Assembly: GCA_049322215.1 (NCBI GenBank)
Contig: JBMORU010000001.1
Coordinates: forward strand, 644,023 to 708,022
Length of the DNA: 64,000 bases
Direction: 5' to 3'
From: Patescibacteria group bacterium
GTDB lineage: Bacteria > Patescibacteriota > WWE3 > UBA101185 > UBA10185
Translations under genes and position numbers: made by a program
The notes under the pieces: generated by a model
The model's input: only the letters and a program-made list of their open reading frames with translations
Databases searched by the model: none
Told to the model about the DNA's origin: nothing
In this document: one piece after another, positions 30,097 through 40,320 of the stretch
Layout of the letters: each line of letters opens with the position of its first letter
Numbering within the stretch: the stretch's first letter is position 1

Positions 30097-30671
30097 TTTT
30101 TTGATTCCTCCCCTTTAGCATCTTTTGTAAGTCTAAAACTGTCTACAGGGTAGTAAACCATAAAACTTTTTCCTACTATTAAATCCATTGAAATTGGCCC
30201 CCAAGCTCTACTATCTGAACTATTACTTCTATTATCGCCTAACAAAATATAGCTGTCATAAGGTATACTTATTTCTTCGTTTGCATGTATCTTCCCAAAG
30301 CCATGTGTTTTTGTTCCTACTTCCAAGTATGGTTCTTTAATAATCTCTCCATCTATATAAATGTATCCATCATCGTCTATTCTAAAAGCTTCACCAGGCA
30401 ATCCTATTGCTCTTTTTATGATAAAAATATCGTGGTTATCGGGGTGTCTAAATATAATTACATCTCCTCTTTTAATTCCGTCTGTTTTTATAGATATTTT
30501 TTCTGCAATTATTTGTTCTTTATCATGAAAGTTGGGGAGCATAGAATCTCCTGATACTCTTAATGGTTGCGCTATGTAAAAGAAAACAAAAAAAGATACA
30601 ACAGCGCCAATAAAAACCAATTCAATTAAATCAAGAAAAACTTTCAAAATTTTTGCTGAAATAGAATACAT
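30093..30671 (-). CDS. lepB: Signal peptidase I
   Basis: N-terminal TM. Catalytic Ser motif SGDSMLP. Box D/E segment [20 protein letters not shown]. Its 3' end overlaps rpmA by 4 nt (convergent). Confidence 0.85.
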   Translation of the reverse strand: MYSISAKILKVFLDLIELVFIGAVVSFFVFFYIAQPLRVSGDSMLPNFHDKEQIIAEKISIKTDGIKRGDVIIFRHPDNHDIFIIKRAIGLPGEAFRIDDDGYIYIDGEIIKEPYLEVGTKTHGFGKIHANEEISIPYDSYILLGDNRSNSSDSRAWGPISMDLIVGKSFMVYYPVDSFRLTKDAKGEESKN

Positions 30672-30712
30672 AACTTGTTAATTTTAGGAGTGTTCTTGTA
30701 ACAAAGCAATTA

Positions 30713-31972
30713 TTAGTTCTCTGCTACAGCTTTAGTTCCCAGTATATGAGGAAATTCATCAGAAAGCAGTGCCCACAAATCTTGATATCCCCCGTCATAC
30801 CCTAATGCCCAAATTCCTACCCCCCCAAGTGCATACTTCTTTGCCAACTTATACTTTTCTCTTAGGGATCTTTCGTTTTCATAGTATACAGACCTTATAG
30901 ATCCAGTGTCTTCGCTCACATAACTAAAATAGGGCACTTGCGCTATTTCGTCCCAGTTGTCTTCAATACCAAGTTCTATTTTTAAATCAATTATATCTTC
31001 ATATTTTTGAGATTGTGAGTATCCTATGTAGTCATTTCCTACCAATCTTGGAGAATACTCTGCAAAGTCTTCTACCACCCAATTATAGCCGTAATAAGGT
31101 ACGCCTAGAATCATTTTAGACGGTGGCACAAGAGACAAGTAGTCGGTTAACATGGTGTTTATATCATATTCCCTGCCTTCTTCAAGTACACCTCCTAGAG
31201 GAGCTACAGGACCTGCTATATCAGAATTTGGTCTGTGGAAGTCATATGCCATAATAAATAGGCCATCAGCCACTTTTGCCAAGTCTCCTGGTTTAGTTAC
31301 TCTTGGCTTAACTGCGGAATCAGCAAATGTTGACACAACCACATAAGAACTACCAAATTCTTTATCCAATTCGGTATTTAAGTACTTAGTGAGTTTAGTG
31401 TATTGGTCAGCATAGTAAGGATCGGTATAGGTAGCATATTCAAAGTCTAAATTTAGGTGTTTAACTTCTTTTTTATTCATTTCATCTATTAGATCATTCT
31501 TTAAGTTTACCCAACATTTTTCACATTCTAGTAGCTGGTCTGATATATCAGCTTCATGTGAAATTATAGTTAAAGCAAATCTCGTTCCGTATCTTTTACT
31601 TTTGGCTATTAATGTGTTTAGGGTTTCATTATTTACCCAGTTATTGTAGCCGGGGTCTAAATTGCCATCTTGACCTAGTTTTTTAATGTGGCCATTAGCT
31701 TCCACCTGCAAAGCAAAGTAAGCAATATCTGTTAATTTACTTAATTGAATGTAGTTAGCTTCTTCTATTGTCCAGTATGGTAAAAATCCATAAATTACTC
31801 CGTCACTAATGGGATACTCAGTTCCAGAGGTTAAAACCTTGAATTTGTTGCCCTGTGGTTTTAGTAAGTCATGTGGGTGATATACAAGGTTTAAAAATAT
31901 ATTGCCAAGTATTAGTGCGGTTACTATTCCATAAACACTTGTGGCTACATTCAGTACATTTATCTTTAACAC
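30713..31972 (-). CDS. Membrane-anchored glycoside hydrolase family 18-like protein
   Basis: N-terminal TM. GH18-like motifs: a partially degenerate catalytic block LNLDFEY (relative to DG.D.DWE) and the conserved FIMAYDFH (MxYD) block. Confidence 0.5.
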   Translation of the reverse strand: MLKINVLNVATSVYGIVTALILGNIFLNLVYHPHDLLKPQGNKFKVLTSGTEYPISDGVIYGFLPYWTIEEANYIQLSKLTDIAYFALQVEANGHIKKLGQDGNLDPGYNNWVNNETLNTLIAKSKRYGTRFALTIISHEADISDQLLECEKCWVNLKNDLIDEMNKKEVKHLNLDFEYATYTDPYYADQYTKLTKYLNTELDKEFGSSYVVVSTFADSAVKPRVTKPGDLAKVADGLFIMAYDFHRPNSDIAGPVAPLGGVLEEGREYDINTMLTDYLSLVPPSKMILGVPYYGYNWVVEDFAEYSPRLVGNDYIGYSQSQKYEDIIDLKIELGIEDNWDEIAQVPYFSYVSEDTGSIRSVYYENERSLREKYKLAKKYALGGVGIWALGYDGGYQDLWALLSDEFPHILGTKAVAEN

Positions 31973-32041
31973 CTCTACATTTTATCAAAATATGCTGCGA
32001 TTGCTATCTACATGCAAACATGTAAATGTTAAAATATTACT

Positions 32042-33244
32042 GTGTTTATAAGGAAAAAAACCAAATATTCACTATATATTAAGTTTCTGACGTTAGTTCT
32101 ATTAATTTTAGGTGCAGGTTTACTGTATTTTAAAAATGCAGCTTACAAATCACCTTATTCTGTACCTAGTTACTCTTTGTTTAATATTTTACCTTTAGGA
32201 AATGCAGGGCCTGCATGTATATTTAGTGATTCAATAGAGTATGTTTACTATAAAGACACTCCTGATAACTTCAGAAACAATAAGTTTGGTTTATATATTT
32301 ACGCTGAAGAAGAGCGTTTTATAAAGCTTGCAGACCAGTTAGTTAACTCAAACGGAGGAGATTGGGGTTATGTTTTAATTCCTTACAATATAAATGATAG
32401 AGATAAAGCTAAATGGGGGCGTGTTTTTACCCAACTTCATACAAAACACTTAATTCCAGTTATACAACTTTGGGATGTAGATCCTGAAAACTATGAAGAG
32501 CAAACGCTTGAAGCGGCTGAGTTTTTAGACAGTTTTGTGTGGCCAATTAAGCATAGGTACATTAGTGTTTACAACGAACCCAATGACTCTAAGTTTTGGA
32601 AGGATCTTTTAGACCCTAAAAACTATGCAGAAGTACTTGATTTTACTATTGCAACTTTTAAAGAACAAAACCCTGACTTTTTTATGCTAAATGGGGCGTT
32701 TAATGTTAGTGCTGCTACAGGAGAAACTTATATGGATTCATTTTATTTTATGCGTAGCATGAATGCCCATATTCCTGGAATTTTTAATAAATTAGATGGA
32801 TGGGCGTCTCATTCATACCCGCAACCTCATTTTAGTGGCGATCCATTGGCGAGAGGTCGTTGGAGTATAAAAGCATATGAAGAAGAACTTGAGTTACTAA
32901 AGTCTCTTGGGGTAGAAAAAGAACTACCTGTTTTTATAACCGAAACTGGCTGGGCGCATGCCGAGGGTAAAAATTACGATAGTTCATACTTAAGTGTTCA
33001 GCAAATAGCAGATAATTTTAGAATTGCGTATGAAGAAGTGTGGTTGAAAGACTCTAAAGTACGAGCAGTAATGCCTTTTACTGTTAGGTTTGAACCCCCA
33101 TACGATCATTTTTCTTGGGTTGATCATAGAAACGTTCCTTATGCACACTTTCAAGAAGTTAAGTCAATGAAAAAAGTTTCTGGAGAACCTCCGTATCTTG
33201 AATCTTCTAAAGTAAGTTCAGTAGGATGTCAAATACCACAATGA
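32042..33244 (+). CDS. Membrane-anchored clan GH-A (GH5-like) glycoside hydrolase
   Basis: GTG start and N-terminal TM. Acid/base motif VYNEPND and nucleophile motif FITETGW are typical of a GH5 / clan GH-A (beta/alpha)8 hydrolase. Confidence 0.5.
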   Translation: MFIRKKTKYSLYIKFLTLVLLILGAGLLYFKNAAYKSPYSVPSYSLFNILPLGNAGPACIFSDSIEYVYYKDTPDNFRNNKFGLYIYAEEERFIKLADQLVNSNGGDWGYVLIPYNINDRDKAKWGRVFTQLHTKHLIPVIQLWDVDPENYEEQTLEAAEFLDSFVWPIKHRYISVYNEPNDSKFWKDLLDPKNYAEVLDFTIATFKEQNPDFFMLNGAFNVSAATGETYMDSFYFMRSMNAHIPGIFNKLDGWASHSYPQPHFSGDPLARGRWSIKAYEEELELLKSLGVEKELPVFITETGWAHAEGKNYDSSYLSVQQIADNFRIAYEEVWLKDSKVRAVMPFTVRFEPPYDHFSWVDHRNVPYAHFQEVKSMKKVSGEPPYLESSKVSSVGCQIPQ

Positions 33245-34515
33245 AAAATTCATCTACAACAAAAGCCGTAGCAAGCAATACTTTTTACCAGTTACTAGCA
33301 AAGATACTGACAATGTCTATTACAGTTTTGGCCACAATAATAATTACACGTGTTTATGGAAAAGAAAGCTTTGGAGAATTTAATTTGATGCAGGCATACC
33401 CCGCATTATTTTTTGTTATAGTAGATTTTGGTTTTAATGCAATTGCAACTAAAGAGCTAAGTACTAATTGGGATAAGGCGGAAAAGTACTTATCTAATAT
33501 TTTGGGTATTCGTATTCTTTTTTCAGTTATACTTATTGCCCTTATTGGTTTTGTTATTCATTTTTTTCCTTACAGTTCTAACTTAAAGTTTGGTATTTAT
33601 CTTAGTTTATTTTTAATACTAACTCAGGCTTTGTATGCAACTACAAACATAATTTTTCAAGTAAAACTTAGATACGACTACTCAAGTATAGGTTTGCTTT
33701 TGGGTTATGTTGTAATTCTTTTTGCTATTTTAGTGCTTTCTTATTTAAGAGTTAATGTTGTTTGGGTTAACTTTAGTTATGTTGTAGGGGGATTAGTAAC
33801 ATTTATTGTTAATTTTTACTATGTTAGAAAGTTTGATGTAAGAATCAAGCTGGCATTTGATAAAGAAATATGGCAACCTCTTGTGTTGCAGGCACTTCCA
33901 ATAGGATTAATGTTTGTTTTTAGCCAAATAAATTTTAAGGCTGATTCAATTCTTTTGTCGGTATTAAGTCTTCCCGAAGGTTACGGTTTAAGCAATACAG
34001 AATCTGTGGCGGTGTATGGGTTGCCGTATAAAGTTTTTGAGGTTTCATTAGTTGTTCCTACATTTTTTATGAATGCTGTTTATCCAATTTATGTCATGCA
34101 TTTGGGGGAAAGTAAAACACGATTTAAAGAAACTATCAAAAAGTCACTACTAGCTTTAGGTGTTGCGGGTTTAGTATTTGGTATTTTAGGTGTTATTTTG
34201 TCGCCACTTGCCATTTTAATCTTAGGAGGTAGTGAGTTTACAGAATCGATATTGGTATTACGGCTTTTACTGGGAGGTTTGGTTTTATTTTATTTATCCC
34301 AACCGATTTCGTGGATAATAGTGACCTTAGGGAAACAAAAATATCTGCCGTTAATTTACTTAATTGGTTCTGTAGTAAACTTAACGCTTAACTTTATATT
34401 TATTCCCAGATACTCATTTTATGCTAGTTCTGTAATTACCTGGATTTCTGAGTTTTTAATTTTGATTATGCTTTCTTTTGCTGCTTACAAAGCATGGCAT
34501 AAATACAATGCTTAA
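33226..34515 (+). CDS. Polysaccharide/oligosaccharide flippase (Wzx-like, MOP superfamily)
   Basis: About 12 TM segments. N-terminal region (FYQLLAKILTMSITVLATIIITRVYGKESFGEFNLMQAYPALFFVIVDFGFN) is typical of the polysaccharide_biosynth family. Confidence 0.65.
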   Translation: MSNTTMKNSSTTKAVASNTFYQLLAKILTMSITVLATIIITRVYGKESFGEFNLMQAYPALFFVIVDFGFNAIATKELSTNWDKAEKYLSNILGIRILFSVILIALIGFVIHFFPYSSNLKFGIYLSLFLILTQALYATTNIIFQVKLRYDYSSIGLLLGYVVILFAILVLSYLRVNVVWVNFSYVVGGLVTFIVNFYYVRKFDVRIKLAFDKEIWQPLVLQALPIGLMFVFSQINFKADSILLSVLSLPEGYGLSNTESVAVYGLPYKVFEVSLVVPTFFMNAVYPIYVMHLGESKTRFKETIKKSLLALGVAGLVFGILGVILSPLAILILGGSEFTESILVLRLLLGGLVLFYLSQPISWIIVTLGKQKYLPLIYLIGSVVNLTLNFIFIPRYSFYASSVITWISEFLILIMLSFAAYKAWHKYNA

Positions 34516-35710
34516 AGTCTTGTTTCTATTTGCAGTGTATTCATTATCATTTGGGCAACTCGCAAATATTAGTAGATTACCAGGCTTAAACATTTATGCA
34601 TTTGATTTTTTTGTTGGTTTATTTGCTTTTGTTGGATGTGTGTACTTTTTTACTAAAAGAACTTTCAGATTAAGTTCGTTTTTAAATGGTTATTTAATTT
34701 TTATTCTCATTGCCCTTTTATCACTAATGATAAATTTTCACCGTTTCGAGCCTTCACAAATTTTGGTTGCTGGTTTTTATCTAGTTCGTTTCATTCTTTA
34801 CTGCTTAGCAGGAGTTGTGCTTTATAACTTGCTGCGTACTAAGTACTTTAATTTGGTTTTTGTATATAAATCTTTAATTGGTTCTTGTTTTTTTGTTGTA
34901 CTTTTGGGATTTATTCAGTTACTTATTTTACCGGATTTTACAGTTTTAGATTCTAGTCTTGGTTGGGATCCTCATAAGTTTAGATTAGCTTCTACTTTTT
35001 TTGATCCAAATTTTGTGGGAGGTTATATAGTTTTTCATGTTGCTTTAGTGTTCCATTTGCTATTTAATTTTACTAAGTTTAGGCATTTAACAGTTTTTTC
35101 TAAAAAAACCTTACTTTTATTTTTACTAATATTTTTGTTAGCAATATTTTTAACTTTCTCACGCAGTGCCTGGCTGTTTTTAGCTGTTGTTATTTTTGTT
35201 TTTGGAATGTACAAATCTAAAGTTTTGTTTTTAATGTCTTTGTTGCTTGCATTCAGTGCTTATTTTGCTGTTCCTCGTGTACAAACACGTTTATCAGGAA
35301 TTACTGATCCGGCAGATTCAGCGAGTTTTCGTTTGATTTCTTGGCAAAACACCTTAACAATAGCCAAGGATAACTTGATTACTGGCGTGGGATTTAACAC
35401 CTTTCGGTATGTTCAGGATGATTACGGATATTTTGGCGTAAGCAGTTTTGGTGGTAACTCGGGAGCAGGTTCGGATTCTAGCTTTTTACTAGTTTTAGCT
35501 ACTACTGGAATCTTTGGGTTTGTAATATTCTTGCTTTCTTATTTATACCCAGTATATAGCCAGTTTTTTTCTTTTGCTGAGACTAAACCGTTTTTTATTT
35601 CTGTTTCTATTGGTTTATTTTTGCAATCACAATTCATAAACGCATTTTTTTATCCACAAATAATGTTTTTGTATTTTTTAACTTTGGGTCTTTTAGGTAG
35701 AAAAGAGTAA
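34508..35710 (+). CDS. O-antigen ligase / Wzy_C family membrane protein
   Basis: Polytopic membrane protein with an FLTFSRSAWLFLAVV motif (SRSAWL, as in WaaL/O-antigen ligases). Start ATG 34508 overlaps the flippase stop; the track uses a TTG at 34478. Confidence 0.6.
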   Translation: MLKVLFLFAVYSLSFGQLANISRLPGLNIYAFDFFVGLFAFVGCVYFFTKRTFRLSSFLNGYLIFILIALLSLMINFHRFEPSQILVAGFYLVRFILYCLAGVVLYNLLRTKYFNLVFVYKSLIGSCFFVVLLGFIQLLILPDFTVLDSSLGWDPHKFRLASTFFDPNFVGGYIVFHVALVFHLLFNFTKFRHLTVFSKKTLLLFLLIFLLAIFLTFSRSAWLFLAVVIFVFGMYKSKVLFLMSLLLAFSAYFAVPRVQTRLSGITDPADSASFRLISWQNTLTIAKDNLITGVGFNTFRYVQDDYGYFGVSSFGGNSGAGSDSSFLLVLATTGIFGFVIFLLSYLYPVYSQFFSFAETKPFFISVSIGLFLQSQFINAFFYPQIMFLYFLTLGLLGRKE

Positions 35711-35728
35711 ATATAAAGAACAACTTAT

Positions 35729-36490
35729 TTAAGAACTTCTTCTTTGGTATTTAATGTTTATTGTTTTTTCAGCTTCGTTTCCTGCTTCGTCTGCAGCTAC
35801 TACTTTTATTTCTACATCACCTTCTTCTACACCTAGAAGTATCTCAAATGTTAAATCTGGTTTTACAATTGCCAACCTATTATTAACCTTTACTGTGGAC
35901 TTTTCGTTTAGTGTTCCTTTAACTTGAATTCTTTTGTTTAAGTTTTTTATCGTTTCTCCATCTTCTGGTGAAATTATTTCAATTTCTGGTTCTTTGATAT
36001 CGTATTTAATGCTAAGTGTTACAGACTTGGGACTTTCGTTATTGCTTTGATCATAAGCTCTAGCAAAAATGGTGTTATTTCCTTCAATAAGTTTCACATT
36101 GGTAAATGTAAATACACCCTCTGAATCTGAAACTGTTGAAGTGACTTCAGGGCCGTTTACAAACAATTTAACGTTGGTACCGGCTTCTGCTAATCCTTCA
36201 AGTGTTATAGTGTCTTTTTTTGTTGCAACAGGAGGTGAAGAAAATGCTGGCGGTGTAGGCGCTAAGTTGTCCTGAGGACCTGTTTCGTTTCTGTGCACTG
36301 AGAATAATCCAAATAAAGACCCAATTTTTGGGCCGAAAAACGTAAATGATACGTAAAGTATTCCTAATGTCACAAAAATTGCAGTGATAGTTAAACCTAA
36401 ACGCATTAATAAGTCTTTTTCTGTGACAACATCTTGACTCTTATTATATTTTTGTTGTCGATAGTAATTTGGCTTTTTCTTTTTAGGCAT
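35729..36490 (-). CDS. Membrane-anchored surface protein with Ig-like beta domains
   Basis: Basic N-terminus (MPKKKKPNYYRQQKY), single TM, Pro-rich linker (APTPPAFSSPPVA), two beta-rich repeats (TNVKLFVNGPEVTSTVSDSEGVFTFTNVKL ...). Confidence 0.4.
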   Translation of the reverse strand: MPKKKKPNYYRQQKYNKSQDVVTEKDLLMRLGLTITAIFVTLGILYVSFTFFGPKIGSLFGLFSVHRNETGPQDNLAPTPPAFSSPPVATKKDTITLEGLAEAGTNVKLFVNGPEVTSTVSDSEGVFTFTNVKLIEGNNTIFARAYDQSNNESPKSVTLSIKYDIKEPEIEIISPEDGETIKNLNKRIQVKGTLNEKSTVKVNNRLAIVKPDLTFEILLGVEEGDVEIKVVAADEAGNEAEKTINIKYQRRSS

Positions 36491-36531
36491 AGGGGTATCT
36501 TAACATAATTTTAACAGGATTTTTTACTTTA

Positions 36532-36607
36532 TGGAGCCACCTGTGGGAATCGAACCCACAACCTGACGCTTACGATGCGCCTGCTCTGCCAATTGAGCTA
36601 AGGTGGC
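36532..36607 (-). tRNA. tRNA-Thr (anticodon CGT)
   Basis: Reverse complement folds as a cloverleaf: acceptor GCCACCT/AGGTGGC, anticodon stem GGCGC/GCGTC with loop AUCGUAA, T-arm GTGGG-TTCGATT-CCCAC, encoded CCA. Confidence 0.85.
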
Positions 36608-36685
36608 ATGTTGCGCCTATATTTTAGCAAATAATATTGGATTCCATCACTTATACTTATTGGGTTTTTAGCTTATAATAGACTG

Positions 36686-37354
36686 ATGGTTGAAGCTTTT
36701 ATCCAGTGGATTGATGACTTGTCAAAAGTTATCCCGTTACCACTTTTTGTTATCTTTGGGTCAATATTAGAAGAAGTAATTGCGCCGATTCCATCACCCT
36801 TAGTAATGAGTTCTGCAGGAACAATTATTCACGCTAGAGGGTATTCTACTTTGTATACTATGTTTATAGCTATAATTGGAGCGGCATCAAAAACAGTTTC
36901 TAGTTTGGTTTTGTACGTTTTGGGGGACAAGGCTGAAGACGTATTAATAAACAGGTTTGGCAAAGTGCTGAAAATTTCTCACGAAGACACCGAGGCATTA
37001 GGAAGAAAGTTTAATAATACCCGAAGAGATGACGTTTTACTATTTATACTAAGAGCTGTACCTGTTTTCCCAAATGCCCCTGTATCTATACTTTGTGGAA
37101 TTATTCAACTAAACCTTAAAACTTATATAACTGCTACTTTTGCGGGCACAGTGGTTAAGAACTTAATATATATTTATGCCGGAATTATAAGTTTAAATTA
37201 TCTCGAACAATTTAAAGATACATACCCACGCATAGAAAACTTAGGTTACTTATTACTTTTTGCTATTTTTGCCTACGGTATTTTTAAACACCAAAGCATT
37301 AGAGACACGGTAAAAAAAGTTATAGATAAATATAACAGCTTTTTAAAAAAGTAA
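36686..37354 (+). CDS. DedA / VTT-domain (SNARE-associated) family membrane protein
   Basis: Segment FGSILEEVIAPIPSPLVMSSAG and the overall hydropathy are typical of DedA/TVP38 family proteins. Confidence 0.65.
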   Translation: MVEAFIQWIDDLSKVIPLPLFVIFGSILEEVIAPIPSPLVMSSAGTIIHARGYSTLYTMFIAIIGAASKTVSSLVLYVLGDKAEDVLINRFGKVLKISHEDTEALGRKFNNTRRDDVLLFILRAVPVFPNAPVSILCGIIQLNLKTYITATFAGTVVKNLIYIYAGIISLNYLEQFKDTYPRIENLGYLLLFAIFAYGIFKHQSIRDTVKKVIDKYNSFLKK

Positions 37355-37413
37355 GGTTTTTGTGTTTACTCCTTTGGGTATGAAATAGGCGATTAAAAAG
37401 CTACAATTAGTAC

Positions 37414-38901
37414 ATGCCTGAGTCATTAACATCAATTGGGAATCTTGAGGATTTTAGTAGTGATACACAAAACGATAACGATATTTTAAGTTTTGAAGTC
37501 CCCTCTAAAATTGAAACTAGTGAAACGCAAAAGCTTCCAAGAATCTCAAAAATTAATTTAAATGCTGAAAGCTCGTGTAGGGGAACAGTAGAGAATAAAC
37601 AAGAGCTCGGTACCAGACAATTAGAACAATTTAGATACTTTCACTCAAACATTAAGTCTCGTAGCTTCATGCGAGAAAATGCAGATGCTTTGGAATCTGC
37701 AGAATATCACACGTATATGTACGCTCTTGGTTTGGAAAATATTAATGCAAATGTGTTTTCTAGAGAAGCCGGTGAACTAGGAGATAAAATAAAGGAAAAA
37801 AACGTTTATGTGCTATTGCATGGTTGGACTGGCAACGAATCAATTTATTCCAGTGTGAAACAGGAAAACCAGCTTACAATTGCAGAGGAAATTATGGCAA
37901 AAGATCCAAATGCTGTTGTTATTACAATGGATGGGAACGGCTTTGGTGAAACAAACTTTAGAGAGGATGTTTTACAGGGTGATTTACAACAGTACTGTAC
38001 TCCGGAAGCATATGCTGCACAGGTTGATTTTTTTGTGTCTCATGTACTAGGTTTTAAGGATGAAGACAAAGATAACGTAAGCATTATGGGTCATTCTATG
38101 GGTGGTGCTGCTGCAATGATTTTGGGGGCACGTTATGGTTACGAAAACACTGTTGCTTTATCTCCGGCGCTTTTTCCTTCAAAAGAAAACTTGTTAGAGA
38201 TAGAAGAAACATTTGAAGATGCAACGCATGCATCAAAAATGGAGGATCTTTTAAAGAGATTGGGTTATAGAACTTCAGGAGATGGTAGGTATGCCTTTGT
38301 TGGCACAGTTGCTAAGGTGGGTGCTCAAACTAAAAAAGCCTTACCACAGGTAACAAACAAAGCTACAGAGGTTTTTTTTAACTTTGTTGGCCCAAACTAT
38401 ATGGGTGAGGAAATTACGGGAAACCTTGGCACAGATAAACAGTTGGTCTCAGACTTGATGGAAATTCATAGAGGTGAAGTTGATAAACATGCTCTAGTAG
38501 ATTATGCGCTCACAAACTTACGACGTGGCGTAGATTTTTCAAGCTGGTCGCTAGAAGAAATTACGCGTTTAAATGACTCCGCCGTTTTAACTTCGGAAAA
38601 AGACAAGTTAGTGACTCCTAAAGATGTAGTAAATTTGCTTAAAACAATATCATCCTATGAATTATTGTTGGCCTCTTCGAAAAGTCCGGAAGATTTAAAT
38701 AGTAATGAAATAAATGCTATAAAAGCTCAAGTTGAGGCTGTTAATCACGGTGTTGAAAGTGAAACCCTGCAAAGAATTATTGTGCCTGGAGGTCATTATG
38801 CCACAGTATACAATGAGGCTGGTGTAGATATTTTAGTTCATGGTGCTGCTGCAAAGAGAGCGTTGCGCGAGGCAAAAAAAGACAGGCTAGAAAACAATTA
38901 A
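37414..38901 (+). CDS. Alpha/beta-hydrolase-fold protein with ~130-aa N-terminal extension
   Basis: Nucleophile elbow GHSMGG and upstream VLLHGWTGN. No signal peptide. Confidence 0.6.
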   Translation: MPESLTSIGNLEDFSSDTQNDNDILSFEVPSKIETSETQKLPRISKINLNAESSCRGTVENKQELGTRQLEQFRYFHSNIKSRSFMRENADALESAEYHTYMYALGLENINANVFSREAGELGDKIKEKNVYVLLHGWTGNESIYSSVKQENQLTIAEEIMAKDPNAVVITMDGNGFGETNFREDVLQGDLQQYCTPEAYAAQVDFFVSHVLGFKDEDKDNVSIMGHSMGGAAAMILGARYGYENTVALSPALFPSKENLLEIEETFEDATHASKMEDLLKRLGYRTSGDGRYAFVGTVAKVGAQTKKALPQVTNKATEVFFNFVGPNYMGEEITGNLGTDKQLVSDLMEIHRGEVDKHALVDYALTNLRRGVDFSSWSLEEITRLNDSAVLTSEKDKLVTPKDVVNLLKTISSYELLLASSKSPEDLNSNEINAIKAQVEAVNHGVESETLQRIIVPGGHYATVYNEAGVDILVHGAAAKRALREAKKDRLENN

Positions 38902-39377
38902 GCTTTTATTACTAACTTAATAGCCCTGATATTAAACTCTTTGCAATTTTTTTTGTTTAGGTCTTCAACCTTCACCCAACTAATCTCGTTAATTTCTTCA
39001 GTATCCACTTCTGCGAGTTTTTCATGTTCAATTTTTTGTATTGCATAAAAGGAGAGTTCCGAGTCAAAATATTCGTCAATTTCTTCTGAATAAAAATTTT
39101 GCTTAAGTTGAAAAACTGGTTTAGGGTTGTATTTCAATATTTTATATCCAGTTTCCTCTAGGAATTCCCGATATAAACCTTGATCTGGTGTTTCACCTAT
39201 TTCTATTTTTCCGCCGGGCAAATCTAAATGTACTGTCCATGTAGGCTTTACCATCAATACCTTAGATTCTTTTATGAATACACCGTAAGCTGAATATCTT
39301 TTTTCTACTGCTTTATTTTTAGGTTTAACTACTGGTTCGAGCCTTCTATTAGTGAATATCTCATTGCTGTGTGTCAT
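38898..39377 (-). CDS. NUDIX hydrolase
   Basis: Nudix box GGKIEIGETPDQGLYREFLEETGY (G.5E.7REU.EE.GU). 3' end overlaps the convergent hydrolase gene by 4 nt. Confidence 0.75.
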   Translation of the reverse strand: MTHSNEIFTNRRLEPVVKPKNKAVEKRYSAYGVFIKESKVLMVKPTWTVHLDLPGGKIEIGETPDQGLYREFLEETGYKILKYNPKPVFQLKQNFYSEEIDEYFDSELSFYAIQKIEHEKLAEVDTEEINEISWVKVEDLNKKNCKEFNIRAIKLVIKA

Positions 39378-39401
39378 TTTCGGTGTATTTCGGTAATTTT
39401 A

Positions 39402-39476
39402 TGGAGCGGGTGACGGGGATCGAACCCGCGATCTTCTCCTTGGGAAGGAGACGCTCTACCACTAAGCCACACCCGC
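39402..39476 (-). tRNA. tRNA-Gly (anticodon CCC)
   Basis: Acceptor GCGGGTG/CACCCGC, anticodon stem TCTCC/GGAGA with loop UUCCCAA, T-loop TTCGATC, encoded CCA. Confidence 0.85.
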
Positions 39477-39503
39477 AAAACCAAACTAATTATAATATTT
39501 GAT

Positions 39504-40109
39504 TTACGGAAGCGTTAGTACCTGTCCTGGAACAATAAGTGCCTGTTGTCCTGAAGAAAGAGTTCCAATAGAATCTGCATTGGCTTGCAGTATATTTACC
39601 CAGTCAGCACCATTTCCGTAAGCTGCTTCTGCTATTTCCCACAAGGTATCGCCTTGCTGAACTTCGTATTGACCTTTATTTATATCTCCTTGTTTATAAT
39701 CGTTTGCTCTCCAAGAGGCTGTATCAGAAGCTATTTGTTCATTAGGAATTTGTGTTGAATTTGTGTTGTTATCTACATTTTCTGTTTCAGAATCTGCAGG
39801 TTCCTCTGTTCTTACAGTATTTGCTCCTGTTAAAATTTCACCCTCTTCATCATTTGCTCCTTCTTGTACCACTTGTGTGTCATTTATTTTTCCTTCTTCA
39901 TTTTGATCAGTATTTCCGTTGTTCGTTTGTTTTTCTGTAGCTTCTCTAGTTTCTTTTGATGTTTCATTAACGTTAAGTATGGTTTTATTAAAATAATTAA
40001 ATGCTAGGTAGCCTGTAGTTAAAACAAAAACCAAAGCTACTAATGCTGCTAAAGTGTTTTTAGCTGGGGTTTGATCTACAGAGCTATTAGAGTTTTCATT
40101 GTCAGCCAT
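39504..40109 (-). CDS. Membrane-anchored LysM-domain protein (paralogue of the ORF at 662-1135)
   Basis: N-terminal TM (LAALVALVFVLTTGYLAF), acidic low-complexity linker, C-terminal LysM (YEVQQGDTLWEIAEAAYGNGADWVNILQAN...IVPGQVL). Confidence 0.6.
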   Translation of the reverse strand: MADNENSNSSVDQTPAKNTLAALVALVFVLTTGYLAFNYFNKTILNVNETSKETREATEKQTNNGNTDQNEEGKINDTQVVQEGANDEEGEILTGANTVRTEEPADSETENVDNNTNSTQIPNEQIASDTASWRANDYKQGDINKGQYEVQQGDTLWEIAEAAYGNGADWVNILQANADSIGTLSSGQQALIVPGQVLTLP

Positions 40110-40172
40110 TTTGCCTCCAAAATTTTTAAAATATTAAAATGTACTAAGGCAGATTAATAAAGCAGTTTTAGT

Positions 40173-40250
40173 TGGCGGAACCGACGGGACTCGAACCCGC
40201 GACCTCTTCCGTGACAGGGAAGCGCTCTAACCAAGCTGAGCTACGGCTCC
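40173..40250 (-). tRNA. tRNA-Asp (anticodon GTC)
   Basis: Acceptor GGAGCCG/CGGTTCC (one G-U pair), anticodon stem CTTCC/GGAAG with loop CUGUCAC, T-arm GCGGG-TTCGAGT-CCCGT, encoded CCA. Confidence 0.85.
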
Positions 40251-40320
40251 ACATTATCAAAAGAACGAGACCATCGTACCAAATCGTAAATGTGCCGTCA
40301 ATAAGTGGTAAAATCGACAT

